From Octopus bimaculoides (lineage: Eukaryota): 64,000 bases of DNA. The stretch spans positions 44,326,252-44,390,251 of the forward strand of contig NC_068986.1 in assembly GCF_001194135.2 (NCBI RefSeq), in the 5' to 3' direction. Made by a program: the position numbers and the translations under genes. This document shows positions 38,654 to 53,156 of the stretch, piece after piece. Position 1 is the stretch's first letter, and each line of letters starts with the position of its first letter. The notes below the pieces were generated by a model. It saw only the letters and a list, made by a program, of their open reading frames with translations. It had not been told where the DNA came from and searched no databases.

Positions 38654-40569
38654 TATATGTATATATGAGACATAAGCAAACTTCAGATTAGTTAAAATAT
38701 GTTTGTAACATATTTCCACTTCTAAAGGTAAATTCACTGTAGTTACTATGGAGAAAAATTCTTTCTTATGGTAAAAAGGTGTAAAAACACCATATCTATC
38801 CATTGCTGCTCCCTCTCAGATTCCCAGATACGTTTCTAGCTCTTTAGCCATTATCAATAGGAAATACCGAAGGGTGGCAACTCTGGACAGACTTTATTAA
38901 ATACATATACAGTCATAGCTAAATACATGATTTCTCTTGTTCTTTTGTTCCTTGAAGCAAACATCTTAAAAGAAATAAGTGCTATTTTGAATGTTCTTCT
39001 ATTAAGGCAACCATTCCTGCAGACTAATAATAATTTATGGTATTTTCAACAGAATCTAATATAGTTTCTTGTTTATTTGACTGTAAAATTGTAAATGATA
39101 TAATATAAAAGAAAATATCATTTATGCTTTAGAATATGAAATGTGATAAAATGGTTAGGGTTTGGAGAGCTGTTGATCATTCTAAGAAAAGATGTCATAA
39201 GCAGAGTTTGCAGTTTATTGCAGTTTAGAGAGATCACAAAAAAAAAGAAGAAAAAAAACCCACTGGTTTTAAAAGGAAAACAAAATTAAGAAAAATTATA
39301 CAGAAGCATGTGATAAAGTTTTGCTTTTAGTAATGTGGGTCAGAAAATGAATTAAAACAATAAAAACTTCAAATAAGAATATTATTATTATAAATAAATA
39401 TGTTAATGGAAAACAAACCAAAAAGTGTAAATAGTAAACAGATGTGTGCAGCATTATAGAAGAATTTTTCTTGTAGAAGTACAAACAAATATGCAAGAAC
39501 TGGCATTTTTAAAATTAAGAATGCAGTCCTAGAAGCATAATTAAAGTCCAAATGAAAATCAAAACTGAGATGATAACTAAATGTTCGATATCAGTGCATG
39601 GGGGAGAACTTAAATTGTGTTTTTTTCTTACTGAAAATTATGATAGGTAGATTGCTTTTATGGTACTCCACATTAATTTCCAATGGCAAACAACATAGAT
39701 GTTAGTACAAAGATAAATATTTTCCTTAGCCACTAGCATTTAGGTATTTCATAGTTGAGCATTACTGAATATATTTATGAATAGTTCATTTTACTAGTTC
39801 GGCTGATCCTTCCATTCTTCAATGAAATGGGAAATAAAAGATGACAAAATTAATTTAAAAGATAAAATCTGATGAAAAATATCTCTTCTCTATTTGTGAC
39901 AAGATGGTTTTATTCCTAGAATATTCATTCAATCAACAAAAAATAATCAGAAGTACTTAAATTCAAAGATTACAAAACTCATGAATGAAAAGAGAAAATT
40001 AGAGTCATTGGAAAGTTCATAAAATAGAAAGCAGATGAAAGTCCCACACAGAGAAAAGAATGAAATTGCATTCTGCTCTTGAATCCCATTAAGATTAATG
40101 GAAGTAAAGAAAGAATTGAAGCCAGAAACAGAGAACTGATAGTGGTACTAATGTCACTTGAAAGTCTCTTATGTTAATGATGATGAGGAGGAGAAAGAAG
40201 ATGGCATAAGTGTTTTAATAACCCTCATTCATTTTTTAACATTTCATATATAAAAAAAGAAAAATTGTTTTATCAAATTGAAAATGAGTCTCAAACCTTA
40301 TCAACAAGATAAATATTTTTTTTCTAAGAAAGTGATTGGTATATTTAAGAATATGCTAAAAAAAAAAAAAAACTTTATTTCTTTTCAATTTATAAACTTT
40401 GCATCAGCAAAAAAGTATATTGCAGAAACAAATTCAGCATATATGTTAGACAATTAATTACTTTTAGTTTTCTAGGCAATAATAGACATTGTTAATAGAC
40501 ATTGTTCTGAATACATGTGCCTGCTTCTTTAACATGTTAGGACATGCACTTAGAAAAAAACATGCTTAA

Positions 40570-40790
40570 TCCTTTTGTTACCATATTTATTTTGAGATGC
40601 TCTGTGTTTCTTTCAATTATTTTAAATATAACAAAGAATTTAGTAAAATAACTTAGTTATCATTAAGCTAGTGTTAGGAACATAAATTGTGACTAAGGTT
40701 TGGTGGAAGATTTCAATTCAAAACTTATGGAAACAAGACATTTGTACTACAGAGCCAGAGTTAGTTTCAGCCGGGTTGGTAACGAAAGGG
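40570..40790. mobile_element. piggyBac-like MITE (TTAA-flanked)
   Basis: TTAA at 40566-40569 and 40791-40794; TIR pair ccttttgttacca / tggtaacgaaaggg. Confidence 0.8.
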
Positions 40791-41109
40791 TTAATATAAG
40801 AATGCAGAAAATTTTCATGTATTATCATACTATTACTTCTTGATCATGGATCTTATATATGTCCACCATAGTTAGAAAAGTAATTTTAGTTTTCTTAGCT
40901 GTTGAAAATACACTGCCTCATTCTACAACCATATAGCTAAAGTAGAAGGCTAATTGGAGAAGTAGGAAAACATTACGTTTATTAGCAAAAGTTTTCTTTT
41001 CAAAAATATTTTATATGTTGAATGAACAGACGTCTATTGTCTAATCTATATTCTAAAACATTCTACTGTCAACAAAGTTCACTAAATTTGTAGTTTGCTC
41101 CATATTATT

Positions 41110-41320
41110 ATTAAGCTGGCAGAATCATTAATATGCTGGACGAAATACTTACCATTACGTCACCTGTCACTACATTCTGGGTTCAAATTCCGCTGAGGTC
41201 AACTTTGCCGTTCATCCTTTCAGGGTCGATTAAATAAGTACCAGTTACGCACTGGGGGTCGATGTAATCGACTTAATCCCTTCCCTCAAGCTGCTCTTGT
41301 GGCAAAAAATTTGAAATCAC

Positions 41321-41357
<37 letters not shown>

Positions 41358-41970
41358 GTTATCATTATTAAGGTGGCAAGCTGGCAGAATCATTAGCACG
41401 CTGGATAAAATGCTTAGTGGTATTTCGCCTGTCGCTACATTCTGTGTTCAAATTCCACTGAAGCTGACTTTGCTTTCATCCTTTCAGGGTTGATAAAGTA
41501 ACAGTGAGACACTGGGGTTGATTAGTCCCCTCCCACCAAAAAATTTCAAGCCTTGTGTCTTTAGTAGAAAGGATTATTATTATTATTATCATTCAGGCAG
41601 TGAGTAGCAGAATTGTTAGTACACCGAGTAAAATGCTTGGAGGCATTTCATCTGTCTTTATGTTCTGAGTTCAAATCCCATTGAGGTCAACTTTGCCTTT
41701 CTGGGTTGATAAAATAAGTACCAGTCAAGCACTAGAAGTCAATGTAATCAACTAACCTCCTTCCACCAAATTTCAGGCCTTGTGCCTTCAGTAGAAAGGA
41801 TTATTATTATTATTATCATTATTATTATTGTTCTGCTGAGATCAACTTTACTTTACTTTTCATCCATTTGGGGATGATGAAATAAGTACCAGTTACACAT
41901 TGGGGTTGATGTAATTGACTTGCCCCCTTCCCCAAAATCTCAGGCATTGTGCCTATAGTAGAAAGGACTA
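41110..41970 (+). mobile_element. Four head-to-tail SINE family A copies with (ATT)n linkers
   Basis: Same units as 12562-13250. Confidence 0.8.
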
Positions 41971-42241
41971 TTATTGATAGTGCCAGTCCCAGCCATTTAA
42001 GATTACACACTACCCAAATGGAAATGCACAACACACACATATATTTTATATATATGTAGTTTATAGATGCAATATAGGTAGAAGTAGAATCAACAAAAAA
42101 AACCATAGTACTCTATCCAGTGAGAGATAGATATCATTTTAATACATATACTGAAAGAACTATTAATAGTTTCATGCTTTTAGGATACTTTAACTGAAAG
42201 ATCGCTTGGAGATACATGGCGTATTTTATAAATATGCCGAG

Positions 42242-42402
42242 GCACAGGAGTGGCTGTGTGGTAAGTAGCTTGCTTATGAACCACATGGTTCTGGGTTCAG
42301 TTCCACTGCGTGGCACCTTGGGCAAGTGTCTTCTACTATAGCCTAGGGCCGACCAAAGCATTGTGAGTAGATTTGGTAGACGGAAACTGAAAGAAGCCCG
42401 TC

Positions 42403-42470
<68 letters not shown>

Positions 42471-42680
42471 TTGTGTGTCTGTGTTTGTCCCCCCACCATC
42501 GCTTGACAACCGATGCTGGTGTGTTTACGTCCCCATAACTTAGCAGTTTGGCAAAAAGAGACCGATAGAATAAGTACTAGGCTTACAAAGAATAAGTCTG
42601 GGGTCGATTTTCTCAACTAAAGGCGGTGCTCCAGCATGGCCGCAGTCAAATGACTGAAACAAGTATAAGAGTAAAAGAGT
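42242..42680 (+). mobile_element. SINE family B, well-preserved copy with internal (AT)n(GT)n
   Basis: ggcacaggagtggctgtgtggtaag...gggttcagttccactgcgtggcacc...ctccagcatggccgcagtcaaatgactgaaacaag. Confidence 0.85.
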
Positions 42681-43334
42681 TAAAGTATCATAAAAGCATA
42701 AAACTATTAGCAGCTCTTTTATTAAATTCATATATATATATAAGGTGTGGGGTAATAGCAGAACACATGCTCAAAATAGTTGAATGGTTATTTGTCAGGA
42801 GTGATATTTTTATTGGTAATTAACAAATACTTTATGGAAAGACCTAAATTTTTCTATTTATTGACCTCAGTTTTATCAGAAAATACTTGGTAATTCAGTA
42901 ATTTAGTTTAATTAGGATGAACTCCTTTTCTCTCTTTCTCTTACAATTGAAGTATCCCAATTATATTTACTATTTGTTTACTGGTAAAAGGGAGCTAAAA
43001 TACATTAAACTGGGCAGATTTTAAAGCCAGAATACATTATAAAACACTTAATTTACAGTCTAGAACAGTGCAACATTAAATTTTAAAATCAGCACTGTTG
43101 GTTTTGGTAATAATATTAATAATCCTTTCAACTAAAGGCCTGAAATTTGGGGGAGAGGGGTAAGTGAATTACATCAACTCCAGTGTGTCACTGGTACTTA
43201 TTTAATTGACTACAAAAGGATGAAAGTCAAAGTTGACCCCAGCAGAATTTGAACTCAGAACATAAAGGCAGACAAAATGCTGTTAAATATTTCAGCCGGT
43301 GTACTAACGATTCTGCCAGCTCACCTTATTATAG

Positions 43335-43580
43335 TGTTCTATAGAGGGTTAGTGGAGGAAAAGTATGATGATGTTCTCAGGGAAACTCTGGGCGTCGACA
43401 AAGATCAACTGACCGGTCTGTTCTGGAGGACTTTTGGACTGGAGCCTATAGATAATTTCCAGGAATCCCTTGCCTAGTAATGCTACCAAGGGGTACTGCC
43501 TGTTCGGGATAAACTTTACAGATACGGAAGTGCTATCAGCCAAGCCTGAGTATACACCTATGAAAAAAAATAAAATAAAA
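43335..43580 (+). mobile_element. Tx1/L1-clade-like LINE 3' fragment (zf-RVT region), pseudogenised
   Basis: Plus frame DNFQESLA**CYQGVLPVRDKLYRYGSAISQA resembles the W..h.g.LP.rd.L.r.G motif; an A-rich tail follows. Confidence 0.6.
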
Positions 43581-46399
43581 AGAGAAGGGCTCTTGCCCTG
43601 TTGGTCAGGTACCTGTGGCTTTTGTGGGAGTTTTATTTGTTGTTTCTTTGTTATTTTATTTACATGTTCTAAAAACCTTTGTATTGTTCTGTTTTGTCAT
43701 TTCATGTCACTTTTATGTTAGCCCTTGTGGTTAATAAAAATAATAATTATTATTATCATTAATAATAATAATGGTTTCGAATTTTGCCACAAAGACAGCC
43801 ATTTTGGGGGAGGGGATGCGTCGATTACATCAACTGGTACTTAATTTATCAAACCCTGAAAAGATGAAAGGCAAAGTCGACCTTGGCGGAATTTGAACTC
43901 AGGATGTAGTGGCAGATGAAATACCGCTAAGCATTTCGTCTTGTGTGTTAACAATTCTACCAGCTCATCTTAATAATGATAATGCCCAATAGAACTGTTG
44001 CAAAAAGTTTGCCTCCTTGGCACAGCCAGAGTAGAGTCAGCAGGAAAATGTTAGATCGTTGAAGAGAACAAATAGCATGGTGATGTAGGCCGCAGGTAGC
44101 AAACCTGTTACTCATGCAAGACTCCAAGAGTTCCAACAAAACCCTGAGTTAAAAGAATAATAATAATCTTTTAACATCTGTTTTCCATGCTGCCATGGGT
44201 CGAATGATTTAACAGGATTCAGTGGGTCGAAGGACTGTATTGTGCTCAAATGTCTGCTTTGGTATGGTTTCTATGGACAGATGTCCTTCCTAACACTAAT
44301 CACTTTACAAGGTGTACTGGATGCTTTTTTCATGGCAGCACATTAGTGAGCTTTCCATATAGCTTGCAACACTAAGATACCTGAGTAGAGGAGTCAGTTT
44401 TATGCAAGGTGATAAAGTATGAAAGAAGGGGCCAGAACAGATTTTTTAATTAGAGGAAATACATACTTGAGAGAACTTGTTTGGATATTTATAACACTAA
44501 AAATTTAAAGGATTATTCAGCTGAGCATATAAGCAAGTTAAGAAATGTGTGTAAAAGTTCCTCACTGGATTCCAGTTACAAAGATAGTTGTTGTTTAACT
44601 CCAAGTGGGTCCTGATTGAGTAGTTCTAGGATCATACTGTCCAATAATCCCCTCCAATTTCAAGATGGTAGGGTGTGATTTGAAGGAATTTGACTGTTAT
44701 TATAAGCAACTGTATAGAGGTTCACTTGATGGCACTTATATCAAAAGTAGAACATGACTAGAATACTAAAGTACCAGGGTCTGTTTAATCAGTTGCCAAT
44801 CTGTGCTCACATACAATGGTGATCATGGCACAAAAGAAAACACAAATCCACTCCAAACATCTGATGACAGGTGAAATGTGCAACAAAAGGAACTGTTGCT
44901 AGTATCAAGTTTTTGTAAAACATTTTCAATATCTGCTACTCATTACAAAACTTTAAAAATATGAAAATGTATCTTAATCAAACTATTTTACTGAATCATC
45001 AAGTCTTTTCTGTTAAAACCTAATGGACAAACGTAGGATTTCTCAAAAAGTTACAGTTAATTACCAATAAACACTCTCGGAGTGGTTGGCGTTAGGAAGA
45101 GCATCCAGCTGTAGAAACTGCCAAATCAGATTGGAGCCTGGTGTAGCCATCTGGTTCACCAGTCCTCAGTCAAATCGTCCAACCTATGCTAGCATGGAAA
45201 GCGGACGTTAAACGATGATGACGATGATGATGAAACATGTCATTTATGACAAATAGGAAATTATCTATAACCCCCATCAAACACATAACTTTACAGTTTT
45301 AGATAGAAATGATAATTACTTTGAGCATACATTGTCATTAACTGCAAATATTTATACATTGTGAATGTTTATTCAGTTGAAGTATAGTCATATATTGTTG
45401 GGACTGGCAAAAATAATAACAATTTTTCTTCTAATTCTTGCACAAGGCTGGGAAATTTGAAGGGAGGGAGAAGTTGATTACATTGACCCCAGTGCTCAAC
45501 TAGTACTTTTTTTTTTTTATCAATTACGAAAAGATGAAAGGCAAAGTAGATGCCAGCAGGATTTGAACTCAAAACATAAAGAACCAGAAGAAATGCTGCT
45601 AAGTATTTTTTCTGACATGCTAATAATTCCGCCAGTTCACCACCTTTTCAAATGATGATAACTATAATTCTTTCAAATTTTGGCATAAACTCAGTAGTTT
45701 TGATGCATCAATCCCAGTTAGGTTTGGTAAGAAGCTTGAAAGAAGCCTGGTGTACCCTTATCAGATGAGTGGTCATAACCACACACTCCTTTACCTCCAG
45801 CATTGGGCTTCGTATATTTGACCCCAGTGTCACTTTGATGGCATGCACTGCTCTCTCACTCAATAGCAATAATAATGTGAAGTTGACTACAAATTTAGTG
45901 AACTTTACTGCCAGCAGAATGCTTTAGAATATAGATTGCCCATCCATTAAAATAACATGTCATTAAAAGTTAAATATGTAGAAATGTTTACTGCCATATT
46001 TAGTGAAAAATACATTATTCTCCTGAAAAGAGGTAAATGGTGTAAGTTTATTCAACCAGAACACACATAGCTGAATGTGGAAATGAAGAAATATAATTTT
46101 GACTTTCTCTTGAACTAAAGAAATAACCGATCACAAAAGAAGAGATTGAAATGGATGCATTCTGTAGATATAAAGAACAAAACAGAACAAAAGTTACACA
46201 GAAGAAGCTACATGCCAACACCACATTCCACGGCACAGACAAGTTTATATAGTAAGCACATAACCACACACTCCTTTACCTCCAGCATTAAAATATTTCA
46301 ACAGGACAAAGAACAGAAATGGACATAAACAAAATAAAAGTATCTAGATAATAATAATAACATTAAAAAAAAACTGCTAGTGAGCAAAATTATATCTTA

Positions 46400-47330
46400 C
46401 ATCATCATAATTTTAATGCTCAGTTTTCTATGCTGATGTGATTTAGACAAGCCTGCCAAACAGTGTATTGCTAATCATGGTCTTTCATCAACTTGTCTGT
46501 GAGGGCTGGTATCCTGGAATCTGAGTTTACTCTTCTCACACATTCTCTTCCACAGGGGACCTTCTATTGACAAAACATGGCATTTTCTTTTTTTCATCCA
46601 AGACACTGCTATTTCATAATATCAAATATTAATACCAGCACAGTTGCCTCTCCTTTACACTTTAGTCTCTCTCTCATCTCACAGAGGTTCAGCTTTGCAT
46701 TCATGCAAGCAATACACATGTAAGAGAGTATACCTCCTTCATTTTACCCCAACCTCTGCAAATCTTCCCCATGCAGGTACACATTTTTACACATGCTTCA
46801 TACAGTCTGACTTTCACACATAAACAACATTTTGTTGCCAATAAAAGCAGCAGCTACTTACATTTAATGCACTCTGTCTTACTCTAGCTACTATACAGAC
46901 ACTACATCCACCTCTTACAATAATTAGGTCTCCTAGATAACAGAAACCAATACATATATCTAATAAACCACCTGATCAGTCCACTGATTTTATTTCATGG
47001 GTTCCACTGCTACTAACCACACCTTTGAAGTTATATTTCTTTGTCTGCTCATTGCACTTTTAATGTACCTCTTCTTTGCATTGAGTTCACAGTATGGAAT
47101 TTTTATCAGGTCATTTTGTATAAATCAAGTAAGACCAATTCCATTTCACATTGGATTTGGTTTTTGACACACTGGCATTAAGGTATTTGGCCTCAATATC
47201 GTGCTTTCAGTATGAAATTTTTGCAACTCTTTGACTGAATCTGCAGCAAAAACATGCTCCAGCAGAAATATGCTCCTTAACATAAAAAAGTTTCCAAGAA
47301 CAACCCTTCTTATGGATTATAATGACTAAA
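46400..47330 (-). mobile_element. Decayed RTE-clade LINE fragment
   Basis: Minus-strand peptides VKVRLYEACV and VKERQLCWY resemble RTE KGRLYDACV and QERRLRWYG. It ends in a family D-type (CAT)n tail at about 46400. Confidence 0.6.
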
Positions 47331-48261
47331 AGTGATGAGAATGGAACTCTGGTGGGCATCTACATATACATTAAATTTCTTGCTAAACTTCTTACCAAAC
47401 CTAACTTTCCTAAGAGTATCCTTTTATATATATTGTACAGATCTCACAAGCCACTATCCTACACTAATTTCCTTAGAACTCACTAAAATACAGAGAAAAG
47501 TACCCTGTTAAAAACCTTCTGTATATCAACATATGCAAAGTAGAATGGCTTGTTTTTAGCTAAGTACTGCCCATAAAGATGTTTCATTAAAAATACAGAA
47601 TCTGTGGTGGCATGTCCTGGTATATGCCAAACTGTACTGTATCGAGAGTAACTCTAGTCCTAACTAACTTTAATAAAAACTCCTTTAGCTACTTTCAAGA
47701 CATGCTTTGTTAGTTTCAAATGCCATCACTCACTCCTTTCTTCTTTTCCCTTGATTCTGTTTACAATGATAGTGCTACACCAGCCATAGAGAGTAACACT
47801 TTCCTGCACTACTTAACCAAATAACAAACATATATGATTAACATCATCTTAATATTTTTTCTAGCACCTCAACAACTATCCCTGCTTTCCTTTCATTCAT
47901 TTCCTTTATAACTATACTGAAGCTACTCTCCAGAGCTGACAGAATACAGAATGATTATCTTTTTTTAAAATGGTAATTACTGTTTTCTTTCCTCTTCCAC
48001 ATTGGAACCCAAACATAACAGGATAAGTTACCATGTATTGTAATTCAGTTGTGTAAAAATATTAACATAAATACTTTTGCTACTAGTCATTGAAATAAAT
48101 GAGCATAAATAAAATAGCCATTTTCTGAATGTTAGAGAAATGTATTTTTAAAAAAGTAATTTAAGAAATAGAAGTCATAGAAAACATAAGCAGCAGACCA
48201 GAGAAAAGAAAAAAAATAAAAGCTCAGCTTAATTGAATCATTAGTGATCTAACGCATAATC

Positions 48262-48819
48262 TATGATGGTTGTACCAAAAGTAATGTAAAGGTAGACATA
48301 ACATTTTATAAACTGAGACAGGTCATCCAAATTGCACATGTTGATAGAGTATCTTTTCCTCTGTTGTATCTTCTCTTCTTCATTACAGGCAAATAATGGA
48401 TTTCAGGAAGAACTAAAATGCCATCAATGAGTTCTTGAAAAAGGTGGGTTTTAAGCTATCCAACAATGACAGAACATGATGGGTTGTTTGTGGATATGAC
48501 ACTAGTAACAGGAGTAATGTGAACAATTGGATGACAAAGTTTAAATAAGGGGAAACCAGTATTAAAGACAAGCCATGCAGTGGGAGAATATCAGCCACAC
48601 CCACTGACATGGATGAATTGATTCACATGACAAATGACTCACAATATATGAACACAAGTGGACTGTGGTCACAAATCATTATGGAACATGCTACAGACTT
48701 TGGGTACCAGAAAGTGTGTGCAAAGTGGTTACCTTGGGCATTGATACCCAAGCTGAAGGAGAGAAGGGTGGAAATCTGCTCTGATCTGCTGAAAGTGTTT
48801 GAAATCACTAAAAACAAAT

Positions 48820-48852
<33 letters not shown>

Positions 48853-49320
48853 CCAGTCTGATAAGGAGCTGAAACATGAGTGTATCTCTATAATCAAGAA
48901 ATTAAAGCTAAGTCCATGAAATAGTACCACATCTCTTCTCCAAGGCTTAAGGAGTTTAAGAGACAGAAAATCATGGTGATAGTTTTTGGTAACAAGGATA
49001 CTGTTTCCCTAGATTTTCTGGAATGTAGTTGTACCATGAATAGTAAGCTTTTTGAATCACTTGCTAACAAAAAACTAGGTTGGTCAGTGGTACACCGTCG
49101 CCATATAATCTGGATTTGGTTCTCTCAAACTTCTATTTCTTTAGTTCCATGAAGGACAGTCTTCAGGGACAACAATTTGATGAGACAGATGAGGTGAAAC
49201 CAGCTGTGAAGGACTGAGTACAACAATGTACACCTAGATTTTTCTCAAAGCAGATTCAAGAGATGGGTTCGATGATTGTATAAATGTGTGATGGAAACTA
49301 TGTAGAGTAGTACTTTTATA
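48262..49320 (+). mobile_element. Decayed mariner transposon
   Basis: Peptides GYQKVCAKWLPWAL...RRVEICSDLL and PYNLDLVLSNFYFFSSMKDSLQGQQF (mariner HPPYSPDLAPSDF motif), with stops and a poly-T insertion. Confidence 0.82.
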
Positions 49321-49646
49321 TATAGAAATAATTACCCTCTCAACATGTGTAATTCAAACAACCTACATCAGTTAATGAAAAGTAATGCCTCCTTTTGCCT
49401 TACATAGAGTATAATCCATGTGGTGGTATAGATATCTTAACAGAAGATGCACACACACACACACACACACTTCAGCTTGTTCTACTCTCATCTCACAACT
49501 ACTGAGCAACAGAAAAGAAAAACTTTTTATACTAATTGAACTTTAAAAAAAAAAAAATCATTAAACTTGAAAAATGTTAGAATATATTTGTTAGAAACCT
49601 TTTTCCATAATGAAATGAAGAACTTGCCAAAGATTTAAACCCAATT

Positions 49647-49691
<45 letters not shown>

Positions 49692-52600
49692 GAAAATAAC
49701 CATTATTACTATTTTTGCTAATAGTAATATTACTACAATTAATATCATTCATTATTATTACTAATAAATAATTATAAATATTATTATTACCTCTTCTGCT
49801 ATCCTCCACCACCTCCTCCTCATCAAACAAGTGCCTATAGTACCACAACAAGGGCTGACCCCTTTAAAACATCTTGTTTCAAAAGCTAGACACTTTTGAG
49901 CAATGCTGCACACATCCAGAAAAATCGCAAGTCATTTCAAAGAAAGCTATTGAACAGGAGCGAAGAAATGAGAAGAACAGAGTGATAGTGATATAGACCC
50001 AATCAAGAAGTTTCCTTACCTGCTCAGTGCCTTTCCTTTTAGTAGACTTGAAAAAAAAAAATAGAATGAACAATACTAAATAGACTGGATCGCATAGTTA
50101 TAATGGTTTTCTCTAAATCAAAAAAATAAAGATAAGCTTGATGAATGTTTGAGATTTTTATTTTTTTAAAAAAGTCATACTGCTAATGAGATATTTAGAT
50201 AATCAGTGAGGTAGATTTTAAGAAATGCTGATTGATATGATGAATAAAGAATTGCTTAGGAACAAATTTTGATTATATACTAAACAGAAACAAAGCCTGG
50301 ATCATGTTTCTCTTGATAGTTTTGTTAAAATTATTTATAATTATTTTTTTTTTATATGCTATCATAAATTATATACATTTTTACAAATTTAAACATCTGC
50401 ATATTGCTGGAGAATTTATTTTTACAACAGCATGGCCAATCGACAATGACTGTGAAATACAAGTTATTTCACAATCATGTAGAAAGGTGAAAACTAAGTT
50501 TTATGTCTTAGCTAAATATACAAACACAGTGGTTGCAATAAAGCTTGAACTTGTGACCATATGAAGTAGTCCTTCAACTAAACCTCATAAGTACTGTGCC
50601 TGATGTATTCAGTAAGAATTCTACTAGAAAATAATATGCATAATGAGTCCTCATTTATTTATTTATTTATATAAAGCAAACTACTGTTGAATTTAAGATA
50701 TTTCAATAGTTTAAAGCTAACTTGTTTTCTTGTAGCATCAGCTTTAGTATTAAGAAAATGTTTAACCAAAAGACCTCAAATAACAACCAATATGAAGTTT
50801 AAGTAAACAAGAGAATTTTGATGTTGAAAAATATATTAAAAACATATTATGCTACAGCTATTTCAACTTGAAAAAGAGACTGTCATCAAGCTTTCTAAGT
50901 AGGTAAACAGATTACATTTAAAATTGTCTTGCTACTCCTATTTGTGAATATATACATTTTAGATATGCAATCTTTCTACTGTGATGATATTGTATGAGAA
51001 TTTCGTGACTTGCATGCTTATCTAATCACTCCTGAAGATTTAGAAATGACTGTGAATATGTGTACAAAGAGGTTTTTTTTTTCCAGAGAGATTGGTGAAG
51101 AAATGCAAGAATATTTTTGTCTTTTACTATTTAAGTGAATAAATCTAATGAATACTTAGCATACTTGCCATCCTATGTTTACTAATTAAAATCTCATAAT
51201 CTCAACATCAGTCAGAACCAAAAACACATTTCAGTTATTTTGGAGTAATTAATATCCTGGAATTCTTAGGAATGGTTGTGTTGCTTTGCAACCACATGAC
51301 AATACTTTGGGCATGTAATGTATCTTCAGCCATAACTTTTGGGTAATCAATGCTTTATGAGTTAAAAAAAAGTATGTAGAAAAATACACAGAGGCCTGTC
51401 ATGCGTATACTGAGTACTTTTTGGCAATGTACACATTGGTAAGAAAATTAATAAGTTGGTACTTTCAAATAAAAATGCTTTTTGGTGTTTGTTCTGCACA
51501 AGTTGTACAAATGCTCCTTGTCACATACTCCATCATATAAAAAAAAATTGGCACTCCAATGATTACGATGACAAGGGTTCCAATTGATCCAATCAACAGA
51601 ACAGCCTGCTCAGGAAATTAACATGCAAGTGGTTGAGCACTCAGACACATGTACCCTTAACATAGCTCTCAGGTAGACTGAGTGTGACACAGAATTTGAT
51701 ATGGCTGGCCCTTTGAAAAACAGGTACTGCTATTTTGCCATTAAATGAATGGTTGGTTTGTTAGGAATATAACCAATGACACTATTTCTCACAAAATATA
51801 TTAAGATATTTTTTTAAATAATACATGAAAAGTTATAATTGACCACCTCTTGAAAATAGCAGGTAACTTCTATATAGATTAATGGAACACACTTCAGCAA
51901 TGGCTAGTCTTTAAGCTTTCAATTGTGTTTGATTCTTTTTTTTTTCTTTTCTTAAGATCACATAATAGAAATTGAATTTTAAAATTAAGCTATTCTTATA
52001 AATTAAAAAGCAATCTGCTTTCACCAAAGGGTACAATGCAATGTAAGTGAAAGGATATAAATTTTTACTTTGTTGTTCATTTCTGATTATTATTAGGTGT
52101 GTTATTCCTTGCTCTTAAAAAAAAAATTACAAAACAAAAAAGAAATATATACTGGATATATTCTATGTTTAAATTTTTGCCACCACTGAGATGTTTATCT
52201 TTGAATATATTTTGGAGTACCATCAATTTTTTTTTAATTTAAATAAAAAAACTAATTGAGCCTAAAATCAAACTAGCCTCTATAGTTTAAAATTATATTC
52301 TTAATAAATTTTCTCAATCTACCTTCAATATTGGCTTTAACTAAAAGTCAGTCACTAGTAACTGACTTGGTTTCAAAAAAATGCACATGAGACTATGAAT
52401 ATATGTTGAACACATTCAACATATAAAGAACCGAAATAAATATTGCAACACACACACACACACACACACACAAACTGAGACAGATTTCTTGTAGAACTCT
52501 AAACAAAATCCTCTTGACATTTATTCATTCCTGGCATTGTTGCTACCTTCTAAACTGTGATGATCTTCCCTACCACAAAAATATACAATCACCAGAAGAC

Positions 52601-53078
52601 TGAATGATAAAAGTGATAAAATAATGAGGAAATAATTCCTTTTCTCCAGATTACACCATTTCTTCTGAGTTTAAAGTTATAGAGTTTTTCTCTCACACAA
52701 AATGCTACATGGAGTAGAAATGAAGTGGTAGAGGTGAGACTTGACTGATATATATATTAACTAAAATGAGTTGTGGTGTACATACAATACAAAATGTGTT
52801 ATAGATTGGTGCAAACAACAAGTAAAAAATTCCAGACTAATAAGTTTTTTAAAAAAATCATACAGCAATACAAATATGTTTATCCTCATGCAGTAAAACC
52901 AAAAAAAAATTTTCATTCTTATTTAAAAAAAAAAAAAAAAGAGTAGAAGCAAGCAGTTCAAATTCATAATAATTACAACAAAAATTAAGCCTGAAAACAA
53001 TATCAAATTAGAAAAAAAGTTAACAAGAATCAAGTCAACAAATCAGATATAGAAAAATAGAAGAGCAAAGATCATTCC

Positions 53079-53156
53079 NNNNNNNNNNNNNNNNNNNNNN
53101 NNNNNNNNNNNNNNNNNNNNNNNNNNNNNNNNNNNNNNNNNNNNNNNNNNNNNNNN
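53079..53156. other. Assembly gap
   Basis: Run of N. Confidence 0.99.

Noticed and set aside
43349-43557. Minus-strand open frame behind a strong acceptor (tttttcatag) as a WDR7 exon
   Set aside because: It is the antisense of a Tx1-like LINE fragment; the acceptor comes from its A-tail, the WDR7 frame hits a stop, and no donor was found.
52545-52600. Possible 53-nt minus-strand exon
   Set aside because: Weak donor (gtagca), frameshifting length and no homology.
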